NCBI GenBank assembly: GCA_937936355.1
Contig: CALDDM010000028.1
Location: 1-57,698, forward strand
Origin: Minisyncoccota bacterium
Lineage (GTDB): Bacteria; Patescibacteriota; Minisyncoccia; Moranbacterales; GCA-2747515
Reading direction: 5' to 3'
Length of the DNA: 57,698 nucleotides
A model generated the notes under the pieces. That model ran no database searches. It saw only the letters and a list, made by a program, of their open reading frames with translations, and was not told the origin of the DNA. Shown here piece after piece: positions 44,527 to 56,700 of this stretch (position 1 is the first letter of the stretch; each line of letters begins with the position of its first letter). Both the position numbers and the translations under genes were made by a program.

Positions 44527-46842
44527 ATGGCCACAAAAAAAACAAAAAAACAACCTCTTCATAACCTCTTGGCGGCATTCTCCCTCCTCTCTGTTGTTGT
44601 GGGAGTTTTTTTTGCAGTTCAAAAAAATGTCTGGCCTCCATCTCTTACGTTGTCTGACGCCGCTCCTGCTAGTTGTGGTGTAGACCGGATCCAATCCTTA
44701 CTTGCAAGTCCTGATCGCATGGGATTTGGTCGTAATACAACTGGTGGTGCAAAAGCAAATAGTTTTGCTGTAGTAACGACAGTAGCGGATGATGGCCCCG
44801 GTTCCTTGCGAAAAATTGTGAAAGATTATCAGAATGACAATTCACGAGACGCGCTGTGGATTACATTTGATGATAGTCTTCGTGGCAAGACGATTACTTT
44901 GCAATCTTCAATTAACTTTAACAAGGCCAATGTAACGATTGATGGTCGTGGAAATGACGGTAAGATGAATGATATTGTGATTTCACCTGCACAAACACCG
45001 AAGCCATTTGCGATGCTTCTCTTTTGGGCTGGCAATGCAATAATTCACGGTATTACACTTGATGGAAAAGGTGTACACTCTGTAGCGATGATGCTCAGGC
45101 GAGGTGATAACTACTGGCATGATCACGTTACTGTGAAGAATGTTAAAACTGATGATGCGCTATCGATTGGTCAGTGTGAGCGAACGGATTCTGCAAACCG
45201 CATCACGATATCAAATTATCATCCGCATAATACCTCAAAGGGACTTCTCGCAGGTGGCGGCGGTAGCTCGTTGAAGGACTCGTTTTGTAATACGATTTAC
45301 GGCACACTGATTAAAAGCAATATGAATGCAGATGATAGAAATCCACGAGTTGCAACAAATAATATTTGGCATCTTATTAATAATTATTCCCATGGATTTC
45401 GTTTTGGTGGGACTGATGCATTGGATTCAGGTCAAGTTCTTTCTGAGGGAAATGTGATCTCTAACGCCAATACGAAGTCTGACAGTAATTCTGGTTTTCG
45501 TGGCACAGAGCTCAGTCACCCGACTGGACATATCTACACAACAAATAACAAGAATGTCTACATGGGAAAGGTTAATGCCGGTCCTTCTGGATCAATCAAC
45601 CCGAGCAATCCTCTGTTTCCAAAGATTACCTATCCTTACACTGTGATGCCTGTTTCTCAGGTTGTTGATTATGTTACAAAGAACGCTGGCGCAGAAAATG
45701 CTAGTGGAAGCCTGCAGTACTGTAGTGGTACTTCAACACCTGTCTGTGGCAATAGTAAGCAAGAGTCCGGAGAGCAGTGTGATGATGGCAATACTAAAAA
45801 TGGTGACGGTTGTAGTGCACAGTGTACGATAGAGACAGTGACACCAACACCTGTGTGTGGTAATGCCGTGCAAGAATCAGGCGAGCAATGTGATGACGGC
45901 AACACCAAAAATGGTGATGGTTGTAGTAATGTATGTGAAAGAGAAGGTGCTGGAGGCTCTTCTCATTCCGTACCGACTATTGGAGTAGTTGATGTCTCAG
46001 GTACTAGTGCAGTTCTTCGCTATAGTGCAAATGGTAATCCTGAACGCATTCGCGTCACAGCCGGTACGGGGCTCAAGACCAATCCTGAAACAGGTACGCA
46101 AGTCTCAATTGGGGATCTCTTTGACACAGGAAAGGTTGCTATGGGAGCGATTTCCTCACCGCAGACGATCTCAGGTATTCCGAGGCAAGGGGATACATAT
46201 TTTACAGTTGCAACAGAAAAAAATGGCAAAAGTCTTCAAACAACTTACACGTACAATAGTGTGCAAGTGCATACTGTGCCTGATGTCTCTGCGGGAAATG
46301 TAAGTAATGGTGAAGTTTTTGTTGCATATACACCAAATGGTAATCCTGAACGCATTCGCGTCACAGCCGGTACGGGGCTCAAGACCAATCCTGAAACAGG
46401 TACGCAAGTCTCAACTGGGGATCTCTTTGATACGCAGAAAGTTGGCATAGGAGCACTTGCATCACCAGTTAGGATAACAGGACTGCCAAATCAAGGTATT
46501 GTACATATTACAGTTGCAACTGAGAAGAGTGGGAAGAGTCTTCAAACAACAAAAACAATTGCAATTGTCCAAGCAGTAAACTATGACGGTGTCATTAACA
46601 TATCAAAACTCAAATCTGATGGGGGATTTGCCTATAGTACGAACCAAAGATTCGACTTTAATAAAAATATTCAGATCTTTGAGGATGGCAAGGCGCTTGG
46701 TCCTTCTGGTGCGCGAAGGGATCGCATAGGGTCAAAGGGTTTAGGTCGCTATCTCTTTAAAAATGGTGTGCTTATATTCAGTGCATCTGACAACTCTGAC
46801 CCGCGAACGAATGGACGCCTGTATACTTTTAATTGGAGATAA
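44527..46842 (+). CDS. Secreted multidomain protein: pectate-lyase-like beta-helix, 2 Cys-rich (DUF4215/myxo-type) repeats, 2 tandem ~102-aa domains, C-terminal domain
   Basis: Signal anchor '[18 protein letters not shown]'. 'GFGRNTTGG…[14 protein letters not shown]…KTITLQSSI…NVTIDGRG' resembles PL1 pectate lyases. '[27 protein letters not shown]' occurs twice. Confidence 0.55.
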   Translation: MATKKTKKQPLHNLLAAFSLLSVVVGVFFAVQKNVWPPSLTLSDAAPASCGVDRIQSLLASPDRMGFGRNTTGGAKANSFAVVTTVADDGPGSLRKIVKDYQNDNSRDALWITFDDSLRGKTITLQSSINFNKANVTIDGRGNDGKMNDIVISPAQTPKPFAMLLFWAGNAIIHGITLDGKGVHSVAMMLRRGDNYWHDHVTVKNVKTDDALSIGQCERTDSANRITISNYHPHNTSKGLLAGGGGSSLKDSFCNTIYGTLIKSNMNADDRNPRVATNNIWHLINNYSHGFRFGGTDALDSGQVLSEGNVISNANTKSDSNSGFRGTELSHPTGHIYTTNNKNVYMGKVNAGPSGSINPSNPLFPKITYPYTVMPVSQVVDYVTKNAGAENASGSLQYCSGTSTPVCGNSKQESGEQCDDGNTKNGDGCSAQCTIETVTPTPVCGNAVQESGEQCDDGNTKNGDGCSNVCEREGAGGSSHSVPTIGVVDVSGTSAVLRYSANGNPERIRVTAGTGLKTNPETGTQVSIGDLFDTGKVAMGAISSPQTISGIPRQGDTYFTVATEKNGKSLQTTYTYNSVQVHTVPDVSAGNVSNGEVFVAYTPNGNPERIRVTAGTGLKTNPETGTQVSTGDLFDTQKVGIGALASPVRITGLPNQGIVHITVATEKSGKSLQTTKTIAIVQAVNYDGVINISKLKSDGGFAYSTNQRFDFNKNIQIFEDGKALGPSGARRDRIGSKGLGRYLFKNGVLIFSASDNSDPRTNGRLYTFNWR
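45745..45825 (+). repeat. Cys-rich repeat copy A ([27 protein letters not shown])
   Basis: 27-aa unit. Its protein core is identical to copy B, but the DNA differs at many synonymous sites. Confidence 0.8.
45856..45936 (+). repeat. Cys-rich repeat copy B ([27 protein letters not shown])
   Basis: 111 nt downstream of copy A, in frame. Confidence 0.8.
45964..46269 (+). repeat. Tandem 306-bp (102-aa) domain duplication, unit 1
   Basis: Contains 46028-46124, which matches 46334-46430 at 96 of 97 nt. Confidence 0.85.
46270..46575 (+). repeat. Tandem 306-bp (102-aa) domain duplication, unit 2
   Basis: See unit 1. The flanks are diverged at both DNA and protein level. Confidence 0.85.
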
Positions 46843-47055
46843 TTGATTGATTTTTGATTGAATATTTTGGCGCATCAAATTCTATAGATGTTTCATTTTT
46901 TATGCCATAGAAAAAATGACTAAAGTTCATTAAGTTGAAAGATTTTTTGCTGTGACTGGTTTTTTTGTATGAAATTTACAATAATGTAGACTTTGGTCTA
47001 TGATTTTATGTAGAAAATGTTTTACTTTGTCTGTCGGTTGGGGTACTGTAACTTT

Positions 47056-48297
47056 ATGAAATTACATATCATTCCAAGAAGATCTCTTTTTTTCTTTGCT
47101 ATTATTTTTTTAATTTCTCTTCTCGTCTTGCCTTTTTTGTTTTTCCTGAAGCATTATTATGCGGAGACTGTGGTAAAGAATTGTGGACTTGGCTGCGATG
47201 CCACTGACTTGGCATCGGGTTTATTTCAGATTTCTGACATGACGTATCGAGGTGCATTTCGTGTCTCGGATGCTTCGTATTCTGGCGGTGCTCTTGCTTA
47301 TAACAAAGATCATCACTCTTTGTATATTGCAGGTCATGCACAGGGTAGTAGTGTTGGCGAAATTGCTATTCCAGACTTAAAGAAAGATGTTCCTGTTTCG
47401 CAGTTGAGCGATGCTCCTGTTGTCAGTAGCTTCAGAGAGCTTCGACCACAGAGACCATATGAGACTATAAATGGTATGCTCTATAAAGATGGTCAACTTA
47501 TTGTGCATACAGAAATTTGGTATGATGCTGGTGGTTCAAATGTGGATACGACTCTTGTCCTGCGAGATACGGAGAATTTTGAAGCGTCAAGGGTTGATGG
47601 GTATTTTCAGTTTGAGGGTAGTGCACATGCTGCAGGGTATATTTCTCCTGTGCCTTCTGCCTGGCAATCACGCATTGGAAGTGCGTACATTGCAGGATGG
47701 TCTAGTGTTCGATCTATTGTCAGTCGGTATAGTGTGGGTCCTTCCCTTTTCTCTTTTGATGTTAATGATCTTTTGCATGTGTCCGAAGGCCCTGACAAGA
47801 TTGATACTGTCGCGCATATGAATTTTCCGTATAGTGTGCAGTGGATCCATCCTGACGGGTATAACTCTGACTCGCCAGGCTCTGCGCCTGGGCTGTGGAA
47901 TTCTTTGGCGAAGGGCGTGTATGGTTTAATTATCCCTGATACTAATACATTTGCCGTCTTTGGTTCTTCTGGTGGTATTAGTAGTGGCATTGGGTACAAG
48001 ATTACGCAGACAGATGGTACTCTTTGTGGTGGTTCGTGCTCTTATGATTCTGCCGATAACTATAATTACTATTGGCTTTTTGATCTCGATGAGATTGTTG
48101 CTGCTGAAGATCCTTGGGATCCTCAACCGTATGACTATGGAATGCTTTCTGTGCCGTATGATGGTAATGGGTTGCATCGTATTGTCGGCGCTACTTATGA
48201 TCAAGAGGGTCGCGATCTCTACTTTACTTTAGCTGGAGCTGGGCAAGTAGGGCGGTATGATTATGTTCCGGCTATAGTCGTTTATTCTTTTGAATGA
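47056..48297 (+). CDS. Hypothetical secreted/membrane-anchored protein
   Basis: N-terminal anchor 'SLFFFAIIFLISLLVLPFLFFL'; no recognisable domain. Start moved from 47017 to ATG 47056. Confidence 0.5.
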   Translation: MKLHIIPRRSLFFFAIIFLISLLVLPFLFFLKHYYAETVVKNCGLGCDATDLASGLFQISDMTYRGAFRVSDASYSGGALAYNKDHHSLYIAGHAQGSSVGEIAIPDLKKDVPVSQLSDAPVVSSFRELRPQRPYETINGMLYKDGQLIVHTEIWYDAGGSNVDTTLVLRDTENFEASRVDGYFQFEGSAHAAGYISPVPSAWQSRIGSAYIAGWSSVRSIVSRYSVGPSLFSFDVNDLLHVSEGPDKIDTVAHMNFPYSVQWIHPDGYNSDSPGSAPGLWNSLAKGVYGLIIPDTNTFAVFGSSGGISSGIGYKITQTDGTLCGGSCSYDSADNYNYYWLFDLDEIVAAEDPWDPQPYDYGMLSVPYDGNGLHRIVGATYDQEGRDLYFTLAGAGQVGRYDYVPAIVVYSFE

Positions 48298-48343
48298 TTG
48301 CGTGGATGGGGCCTCTTTATCCATGTATGATATTTGTTGATAT

Positions 48344-48375
48344 AAAAAAATCTCCCTTGATGGGAGATTTTTTTA
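48344..48375. terminator. Bidirectional rho-independent terminator shared by the 47056 ORF (+) and ssrA (-)
   Basis: AAAAAAATCTCCC-TTGAT-GGGAGATTTTTTT; the A/T tracts on both sides let it work in both orientations. Confidence 0.75.
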
Positions 48376-48377
48376 TG

Positions 48378-48796
48378 TGGAGCTGATGGGAATTGCACCC
48401 ATGTCCAAATTTGTAGCATCAAATGTACTCTACATATGTAGATTCGTCTTTACGCAATGTGCAAACATCGCGGATTCAGTCCGCACCAGAAGACGATCAG
48501 AAAGCGTGTGAACCTAAATGTGATGATTGAACATATACTTGCACATTAATCGGTATATGCGAACCTCAGGTTTTTGACACCAGATCTCGCCCTATGAGGC
48601 GTCAGGTGAGCTGATGGCTTACGCGGTTTTAGGCGTAAGACGGTGCAAAAGATGGGCTGAAAGCTTTCGCTACAGCATCTTTTACTTTTGTAGTAAGAGT
48701 TGCACTTATACAAGGTGAATACACGGTTTACGTGTCCAGTATTCATGCACGATATGCATACATTTAAGTAACAAACTGTCGAAGCTAGACAGCCCC
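48378..48796 (-). ncRNA. ssrA: tmRNA (ssrA), ~419 nt
   Basis: Minus strand 5' GGGGCUGUCUAGCUUCGAC… and 3' …GGACAUGGGUGCAAUUCCCAUCAGCUCCA. The acceptor GGGGCUG/CAGCUCC has G3:U70, with a T-arm-like 3' domain. Lies directly downstream of smpB. Candidate tag ORF 48703-48629: GCA… = ATLTTKVKDAVAKAFSPSFAPSYA*. Confidence 0.85.
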
Positions 48797-48854
48797 GATC
48801 TATACCTGCAGTGGTACAGGTCGGGAACGTGTAGCCCATTACTTCTCTTTACCT

Positions 48855-49304
48855 CTATTTTCGTATGCGTAGTGCTCTTTTTACTTTTCGGTCTGATTCT
48901 CTCTTTGCGATCGATGCTCTTTTGTCATGTTTTTTCTTGCCTTTTCCGACTGCGAATTCGAGCTTGATATTGCGTCCCTTAGTATATATCCGAGTGGGAA
49001 CGAGTGTCAATCCTTCTGCTTGTCTCTTGCCGATGATGGATTTGATCTCAGATTTTTTGAGGAGGAGTTTTCGTGAACGTGTTGGCTCATAAACTGTATT
49101 GCGATTTGCATGCGTATAGAGTGGTATCAGGGCATTTGTGAGGTATACTTCATTTCCGCGGATGGCTACAAAGGCCCCTTTGAGGGAAATGTGCCCTGTC
49201 TTGATAGACTTTACTTCATGACCTAGCAATGAAATACCAGCCTCATATTTTTGTAGGAGGTCGTAATCGTAATTTGCTCGTTTGTTTGTTGCGTACGTTG
49301 CCAT
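48855..49304 (-). CDS. smpB: SsrA-binding protein SmpB
   Basis: 'NKRANYDY…YEAGI.L.G.EVKS', 'LLLKKSEI', basic C-terminal tail. Confidence 0.95.
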   Translation of the reverse strand: MATYATNKRANYDYDLLQKYEAGISLLGHEVKSIKTGHISLKGAFVAIRGNEVYLTNALIPLYTHANRNTVYEPTRSRKLLLKKSEIKSIIGKRQAEGLTLVPTRIYTKGRNIKLEFAVGKGKKKHDKRASIAKRESDRKVKRALRIRK

Positions 49305-49379
49305 GTGTCTTATTGTAGCATTATCGGAGATATAAATAAGTTACTTATGATACAATAGAATATATAAAAAGAAAAGAAC

Positions 49380-50456
49380 ATGCATAGTCGACTCTTCCTC
49401 ATCGTTGCCTTTTTTTTAAGTCTGTTTTTTTGTTGTGCAGAGAATGTTTTTGCTGATTCCGCTGAGTCAGCTCGTGGGTGGATGTGGGGTGGCACGGAGG
49501 AAGTGACTGGTGGCACTAGTGAAGATACTACTGGATTGGGATGGATCAGTCTCAATAGCTCAAATTGTGATGCTGACAATGATGGGCAAAGTGATGGTGC
49601 GACAGGATGTCCCGCACTTGGTGAGACTGTTGCGGACTATGGTGTTTTTGTTCCTGAGTCTGATGGTGATGTCATTGGTTATGCGTGGAGTGAGAATGTC
49701 GGATGGATTAGTTTTCAACCAACTGATCTCGTTGGATGTCCACAAGCTCCATGTAGCGCTTATCGACTCGACGATGAAATTTACGGATGGGCACGAATTG
49801 TCTCGATCCGTAGCGCTCTTGGTCAGAGCAATGCCGGGGGTTATGAAGGGTGGATTAAGTTACATTCTGAGAGCGGTGATCCTGTAACGTATGGCTTAAG
49901 TATCGATGCGTTAGGTGCGCCCAATACGATTGATGGATACGCATGGAGTGATGAATTTGGGTGGATCCGCGCTGTTAATGTAACTGTAGAGACGAGTGAG
50001 TCGCTCATTGTTTGCCCAAATGCCTCTACAATAACAATTGGTGGCATATTACAATTACGCGCATATTATCGACCTGGAGGTCGTATCCTGAGTTGTGGGG
50101 AGGTGCTTGTGAGTGACCTTGATGTAACGGGAAGTTCGACATGGTCATCAAATGATGTTGCAATTACAACAGTTGACGCTTCTACTGGTATTGTCACTGG
50201 TGTCAGTACCGGTGGACCAGCTGTTATTACGGCTTCTTATCTTGCTGATAGTGCAATTGCGCTTGTGAGTGTTAATGCTATTAGCACTGCGTGTGGTGAT
50301 GGTGTGATCGGTGCGGGAGAGTCATGTGATCAAGGGGCGGCAAGCAATGGTTCATGTGTGACGGGTGTGCCATATGACCATGATAGTGATGCTAGTACAT
50401 TAGATGTTACATGCGGTAGCTCATGTCAAATCAATGTTTGTCAGTGTGTTATATAG
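49380..50456 (+). CDS. Secreted GW-repeat protein with Big_2-like Ig domain and Cys-rich C-terminus
   Basis: Signal peptide 'LFLIVAFFLSLFFCCAENVFA'. Repeats 'GLGWISL', 'GYAWSENVGWISF', 'GYEGWIKL', 'GYAWSDEFGWIRA'. 'SSTWSSNDVAITTVDASTGIVTGVSTGGPAVITASY' is Big_2-like. C-terminal 'CGDGVIGAGESCDQG…'. Confidence 0.55.
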   Translation: MHSRLFLIVAFFLSLFFCCAENVFADSAESARGWMWGGTEEVTGGTSEDTTGLGWISLNSSNCDADNDGQSDGATGCPALGETVADYGVFVPESDGDVIGYAWSENVGWISFQPTDLVGCPQAPCSAYRLDDEIYGWARIVSIRSALGQSNAGGYEGWIKLHSESGDPVTYGLSIDALGAPNTIDGYAWSDEFGWIRAVNVTVETSESLIVCPNASTITIGGILQLRAYYRPGGRILSCGEVLVSDLDVTGSSTWSSNDVAITTVDASTGIVTGVSTGGPAVITASYLADSAIALVSVNAISTACGDGVIGAGESCDQGAASNGSCVTGVPYDHDSDASTLDVTCGSSCQINVCQCVI

Positions 50457-50755
50457 TAGTCTAAAGTTCTGCTAGAGATATACCTCGTTGGGGTGAGTGT
50501 TTTGAACGTTCTCTCAGTCATTGTTATAGATTCTTTTTTGTCTGTTGCGATGTACTTTTGTCTGTTATTCTACTTCACTACTTAGTAGTGAGATTTTTCC
50601 GACTTATACACATGGAGTTGGGGAGAAAGTCGGTATAAGTAGTGTATAATATAGTCAATGAGGTGATGTGCGTTTATGCTTGGGGGATAAACGTATGTTT
50701 GATTTTAGAGATTGCAATCACTTTTTTCAGGTTTTCTTCCAAAAAAAATATTCAC

Positions 50756-53700
50756 ATGGATTTTCCCCGCAAAACAAAAAAAATACATTTTATCGTAATT
50801 GCAGTTTTTCTTGCGGCTTCTTTTGGTGGTTGGGAATCAGCGCATACTTTTGTGGAACCGTCTAGTACGCCGCCTAATGGCAATGTAGGTGCTCCAGTGA
50901 CGATACAGTCACCTGGACAGACGAAAGCAGGTTCTCTTACTGTAAATACTGACGGTGTTGCTTCGGAGGGACTGGTTGTTGATAAGGGTGAGTTTGAAGT
51001 GCGTGATGGAGAATCAAGTTTTTCTAATGGTACATATAGTGACCCTGATAGCGGTAATTCTTATGATGCAAAATTTGGTGGCTCTAACCGTGGTGTTGCT
51101 GTTCGGGGTACAAGTGTTTTCTTGGGTCCGGTAGGCATTGTCGATACGACTCCTGACGGCACGCTTAGTCTAGATGTTGACGGTGAAATTGGTGCGCAGA
51201 GCTATTGTGATGAAGATGGATCTAATTGTTATACTGTGCTAGAGCTTCTAAATGGGGGTGCAGGTAGTATTGATAGTCTCTCAGATGGTGTGAGTGATGA
51301 GACGACTAATGTCTTTCTTGGGACTGGCGCAGGCGCTGGAGATACCACAGCAGCATATAATAATACAAGTCTAGGTATCGATGCGCTGAATGCTAATGCA
51401 TCGGGTAGCTCAAATACTGCCCTTGGATTTCGCTCACTTTATCGGAATACGTCTGGCTCTAATTCTGTCGCAATTGGTTACAATGCACTTCGGGAAAATC
51501 TAACAGTGAGTAGTAGCACAGCTGTTGGTGCTAGTGCACTGCGCTCCAATACAACAGGCTATGGTAACGTTGCTGTAGGGTTTGCCTCGCTATACAAGAC
51601 AACGTCAGGCGGTGGCAATACAAGTGTTGGCACAGCGTCTCTCTATGAAAATCTCTCTGGCGCAAGTAATACCGCGGTTGGTGGTAATACATTGCGAGAT
51701 AATGTTACTGGTAATCGCAATGTCGCCGTTGGTGAAAATGCACTTCGACTGGTAACGCAGGGGAGTGATAATGCTACGCTTGGCTATCGTGCTGGCTACA
51801 ATGTAACAACATCCAATAATAACACGTTTATCGGTGCGTATGCTGGTGATGATGTAACGTCGGGTGCTCGCAACATCTCTATCGGATATGGGAGTGAAGT
51901 GGCGAATCCTACAGCAAGTGATCAGCTTTCCATTGGTAATTTTATCTACGGAACCGGTTTGAATGGTTATGATACTGCTATCTCGCCTGGACGGATCGGT
52001 CTGGGCACCAAGACTCCTGAGCAACAGTTAGATGTGTCGGCTCCCGGGTACGCAGGACTTCGTGTAGGTACTTCGTCAAATAGTGGTAACAATGCTTTTA
52101 TAGAGATTGAAGGTGCTCGCACAACAAGCACTACGGAGAATATTTCATCTGTGCGATTTAACAATAATGATGCCGGTGCCGACTATGAGGGTGCGCGTAT
52201 TGCAATTCGTAACTCGGATGCTGTGAGTGGTACTGCTAACACAGATTTGGTTGTTTCAACAAACAACAATACTGGACCCCAACAGGCGATGCTCATTGAC
52301 GATCAAGGAAATGTGGCGATTGGTCCTACGGCTGATCCCCAGGCAAAGCTTGATGTGATTGGCGATATCGTTTCTCGTAATGGTGGCAATGAGATTGTGC
52401 GGATTAATAATACAGATGATTTCACAGCGGAGCCAGATATTCAGATTTTTACAGATGGTGGTGTTGCTGCTGAAGGTGACTTGAATTTGAATATTGATTC
52501 GGACAGTGATGAAGTTGATCGTGCGCTCAAGATCAATAGTAATGGTAATAATGCCTCAGCTACAGAACTTGCACGCTTTAACGAAGATGGAACGGTGGGT
52601 ATAGGTGATGCGACTCCGGATGGTACGCTTAAGTTGGATGTGGAGGGGCAAATAGGTGCGACCGAATATTGTGACGAGAACGGAGCGAATTGTGTCCCAG
52701 CAGGAAGTACGGCTGCGACGAACTTTCTTGCTCTCACAGACACGCCAGCAACATCCACTGCAGGTTCTATATATTTTGGTGACGGCACGAATGTGGCAGA
52801 AGACAATGCGAATCTTTTTTGGGATGATGTGAATAATAGGTTGGGTATAGGAAAAAGCGCGCCAGGGGTAACGCTTGATATCGATGGAACGACTGCGATT
52901 GCCGGCGGAGACTTTAATTACTTTTTTGCTAATACGGGAGCTGGTAGTGTTCAAATCCCTTACCGTATGAAAGCAAACGATGGCGTAGGTAATTTTCATG
53001 TCTACATCAACACAAATGGTGGTGCTTCTCCAATATATGATTCTAATGGCTTTGCATATCATGAAGTTTACAATCCTGCCGATGGCCAGTATCGCGTTCA
53101 GACTGCCGTTAGCGGTACGCAGGGTACACCTTTAACCTGGCAAGATGCTTTTACTGTTGCGGGTAATGCTACGGTTGGTGTAGGTGACACCACACCCGAT
53201 GGATCTCTCAAGTTAGATGTGCAGGGACAAGTAGGTGCTACTGAGTATTGTGATGAGAATGGTGCAAATTGTACGCCTGCAGGCAGTCTCAGTGGTTCCG
53301 ATACATTCCTGGGCCTCACAGATACGCCAGCAACATCCACCGCAGGGTCGATTTATTTTGGTGACGGGTTAAATGTGGCAGAGGATAATGCAAATCTTTT
53401 CTATGATGACACGAATAATCGTTTGGGTCTTGGAACGACGTTGCCTGAGGCGCGCTTACAACTAGGTGATGGTGCTGCGCAAGCAAACAATTATATAGCC
53501 TTTGGTAAGCGACTTGCAGCATCTCAAGTTAATCTGCCCTTCATTGGACAGGACTCTGTCGATGGTGTGGAAAATGGTATAGGTATTGGTGCAAGCTCCT
53601 CTAATGGAGGTGTCAATTTCTATGCAGGAAGTGCGACAGCTTTTAATCCGGCTAATTTACGTATGCGTATTGATCCAGATGGCGATGTGGGCATTGGAGA

Positions 53701-56700
53701 CGTCACTCCAAATACCGGACTCAAGCTTGATGTTGAGGGTCGTGTCGGTGCGACAGAGTATTGTGATGAGAATGGCGCAAATTGTGTGCTTGCGACCAAT
53801 CTTGGTGCTGATGGTGACGCGTGGGGTGTAGATGGTGAGGATCAAGCATCAGACGTTGAGCGTGCCGGTTTTGTCGGTATTGGAGCACAAGCTACTGGGG
53901 GTGCGTCCAATAGTGTTTTAAATCTTGATCATCATTTTGCACTTGATGCTACGACGAGACAAGTTTATTCAAATACTACTGCTACATCACCGCCTTTGAC
54001 TGCTGACAGAACCACATATGGTGCTCAATATAATATTCTCAACAATAAGACGGAGTCAGGTACAAATGATTCGGATGCAAATGCTGTTTATGGTTTTGTA
54101 GAGACAAATGGAACGAATACTTTTCGCACGAATCGTGGTGTCAGTGGTGTCAGCTATAACAATTCTACAGCTGCAACAGGGTTAGGAATTCCTATTGGTG
54201 TGCAAGGAAATGCTCGTCAACTTGCAAACTCAGGTAATATCGGAAATGTGTATGGTGTGTATGGAACGGCTGCTGGTGATACGACAGCTGGGACAACAAG
54301 TTCTGTGTCAAATCTGTATAGCGTATACGGATTTGCTACGCCATATCGATCGTCTGCATCTAATGTCCGAGGTGTTTATGGTCTTGCGCAGACATCCAAT
54401 ACTTATGAAGGGGATATCGATAATGCTTATGGTGTTGTGGGAACTGTTCGTGTTGATAGTGATGATGGTGGTGATATCACGACTGGATTTGGGGGATACT
54501 TTTCGACTAATCGTCGTTCGACTGCAAATCTGATGGGTACAGCTTATGGGGTCTACTCTAATGTAGATGATGCGACGACAGCATATGGCGCAGTGCTTCT
54601 TGCCAATGATGCTGATGCGACGACAAATGTGGCGCTACAGCTTGATGGTGCGCTTGCTTCAGGGTCAAACTATGGCATTTTGGGTCAGCGCGGTGATTGG
54701 GTATTGGATGAGGATGGTGATGGCAATGTCGCTGGCACAGGTCCTGGAGGCGATTTAGTTTTGGGTGAGGGACAAGATTTCCGCCTGTGGCATGATGGGG
54801 TTAATTCCTATATGCGTAATGAGGTAGGTGATCTTTATATTACAGATAATGGTGCTGATAATGTCTTACTCTCAACGAATGGTGGTGATGTCGGTATTGG
54901 TGACACTACGCCTGACGCTACGCTCAAACTGGATGTGGAAGGGCAGATTGGAGCGACGGAGTATTGTGATGAGAACGGATTAAATTGTATACCAGCAGGG
55001 ACTCTTGGTGGTGCTACAACCTTCCTTGGTCTTACGGATACGCCAGCAACATCCACCGCAGGGTCGATTTATTTTGGAGATGGTGTCAATGTTTCAGAGA
55101 ATAATGCTAGTCTTTTTTGGGATAATGTCAATAATCGATTAGGTCTGGGCACAGCCACTCCGGAGCGAGATCTTGACATTGCTGGACTCACACCATTTCT
55201 TCGACTCACAAGTACAGATACTGGAAACCATGTTTTAGACGATGAGTTTAGCGGTATTGAGTTCTACACTGAGGATCCTGATCACCCTAACCAGCCAGGT
55301 GTTTCAGGCTATATTAAGTCAGTGCATACGCGCGCGGGTGCATCGCACGCATATGCAGATGCAGGTCTTACATTTGGAACGCAAAATTCATCGGGAGCAG
55401 CGCAGGAACGTCTGCGAATTACACATGATGGTAAAGTGGGTATTGGTGACACTACACCAAATAGTTCACTTTTGTTGGATGTTGAGGGTCGTGTCGGTGC
55501 GACAGAGTATTGTGATCAAAATGGTGCAAACTGTCGTGTGGTTACTGATCTCTCTCAGGTTCAAGTAATAAACGATCTGGGTGATGCAAAGACAAATGGT
55601 AATAGTGTATTTCTTGGTGATAATGCCGGTAACCTTGATGATGGTGCTAATCAAAACACTGCTGTTGGTGCTGCAGCTATGGATGCGGTTGTGTCTGGTC
55701 TTTATAATTCTGCTTTTGGTTATGGTGCCCTCACGACCGCTACTGGTAACTCCAATACTGCAGTAGGTCGATTGGCGCTCCGCTATACAACAACTGGTAC
55801 AAACAACTCGGCTTTGGGTCGTGATGCTCTGGAACAAAACACGACTGGTGGCTCTAATTCCGCACTTGGCATGCAAGCGCTACATAGTAATACAGAAGGA
55901 TCAAGTAATGTGGGTATAGGACGCAACTCTATGTTTGCAAATACCACGGGTATACAGAACGTTGGTGTTGGTGCTTATGTGTTGGATGCTAATGTTACTG
56001 GATTTAATAATACAGCTGTAGGCTATGCTGCGCTTGGTGCATCAACTGGTACTGGGAATGTAGGCATTGGTCAGGGTACTGGTGATCAGTTGACCGCAGG
56101 TAATTACAATGTTGCGATTGGGTATCGATCGCAGGTAGCTAGTTCAACGGGAAGTAACCAGCTAAGTATAGGAAATATTATCTATGGCACGGCGATTGAT
56201 GGTACGGGAACAAGTATTTCTACAGGAAATGTCGGTATTGGCATAAAGTCTCCATCGGCTAAGCTCGATGTTGCAGGCACTTCAACTAATGCAACAGCTC
56301 TACGACTACGCGCAGGTGATGTTGCTAGTCAGAGCGATTCGAGTCAGATTGTCATGGCTTTTAATGCCTCAGAAAATTACTCTCATGCCATTAAGACGCG
56401 ACATAATGCTTCAGCAGTTGAAAATAATGCGATTGATCTTTTTGTATGGGATCAAGGAGTTGATGCAGCAGCAACCGTTGGCACGAAGAAGGTTGCAACC
56501 TTTGACGCGCGACATGATGGAGCGGTAGGAATTGGCACGGATCAACCAGTGACAAACTTGGACGTAGATGGTGGCGTTGCATTTGCTACGAGGACAATCG
56601 CTGCTGCAACAACGATCACGACAGGTGACAATATGATCTTGTGTAATGCTGGTAATGTTAATCGTACTTTGACTCTTCCAACTGCAGCGTCTGCTCCGGG

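Noticed and set aside
48546-48839. 97-aa minus-strand ORF from the ORF track
   Set aside because: It lies entirely over the tmRNA gene (48378-48796), whose tRNA-like ends and tag frame explain the sequence. There is no coding support.
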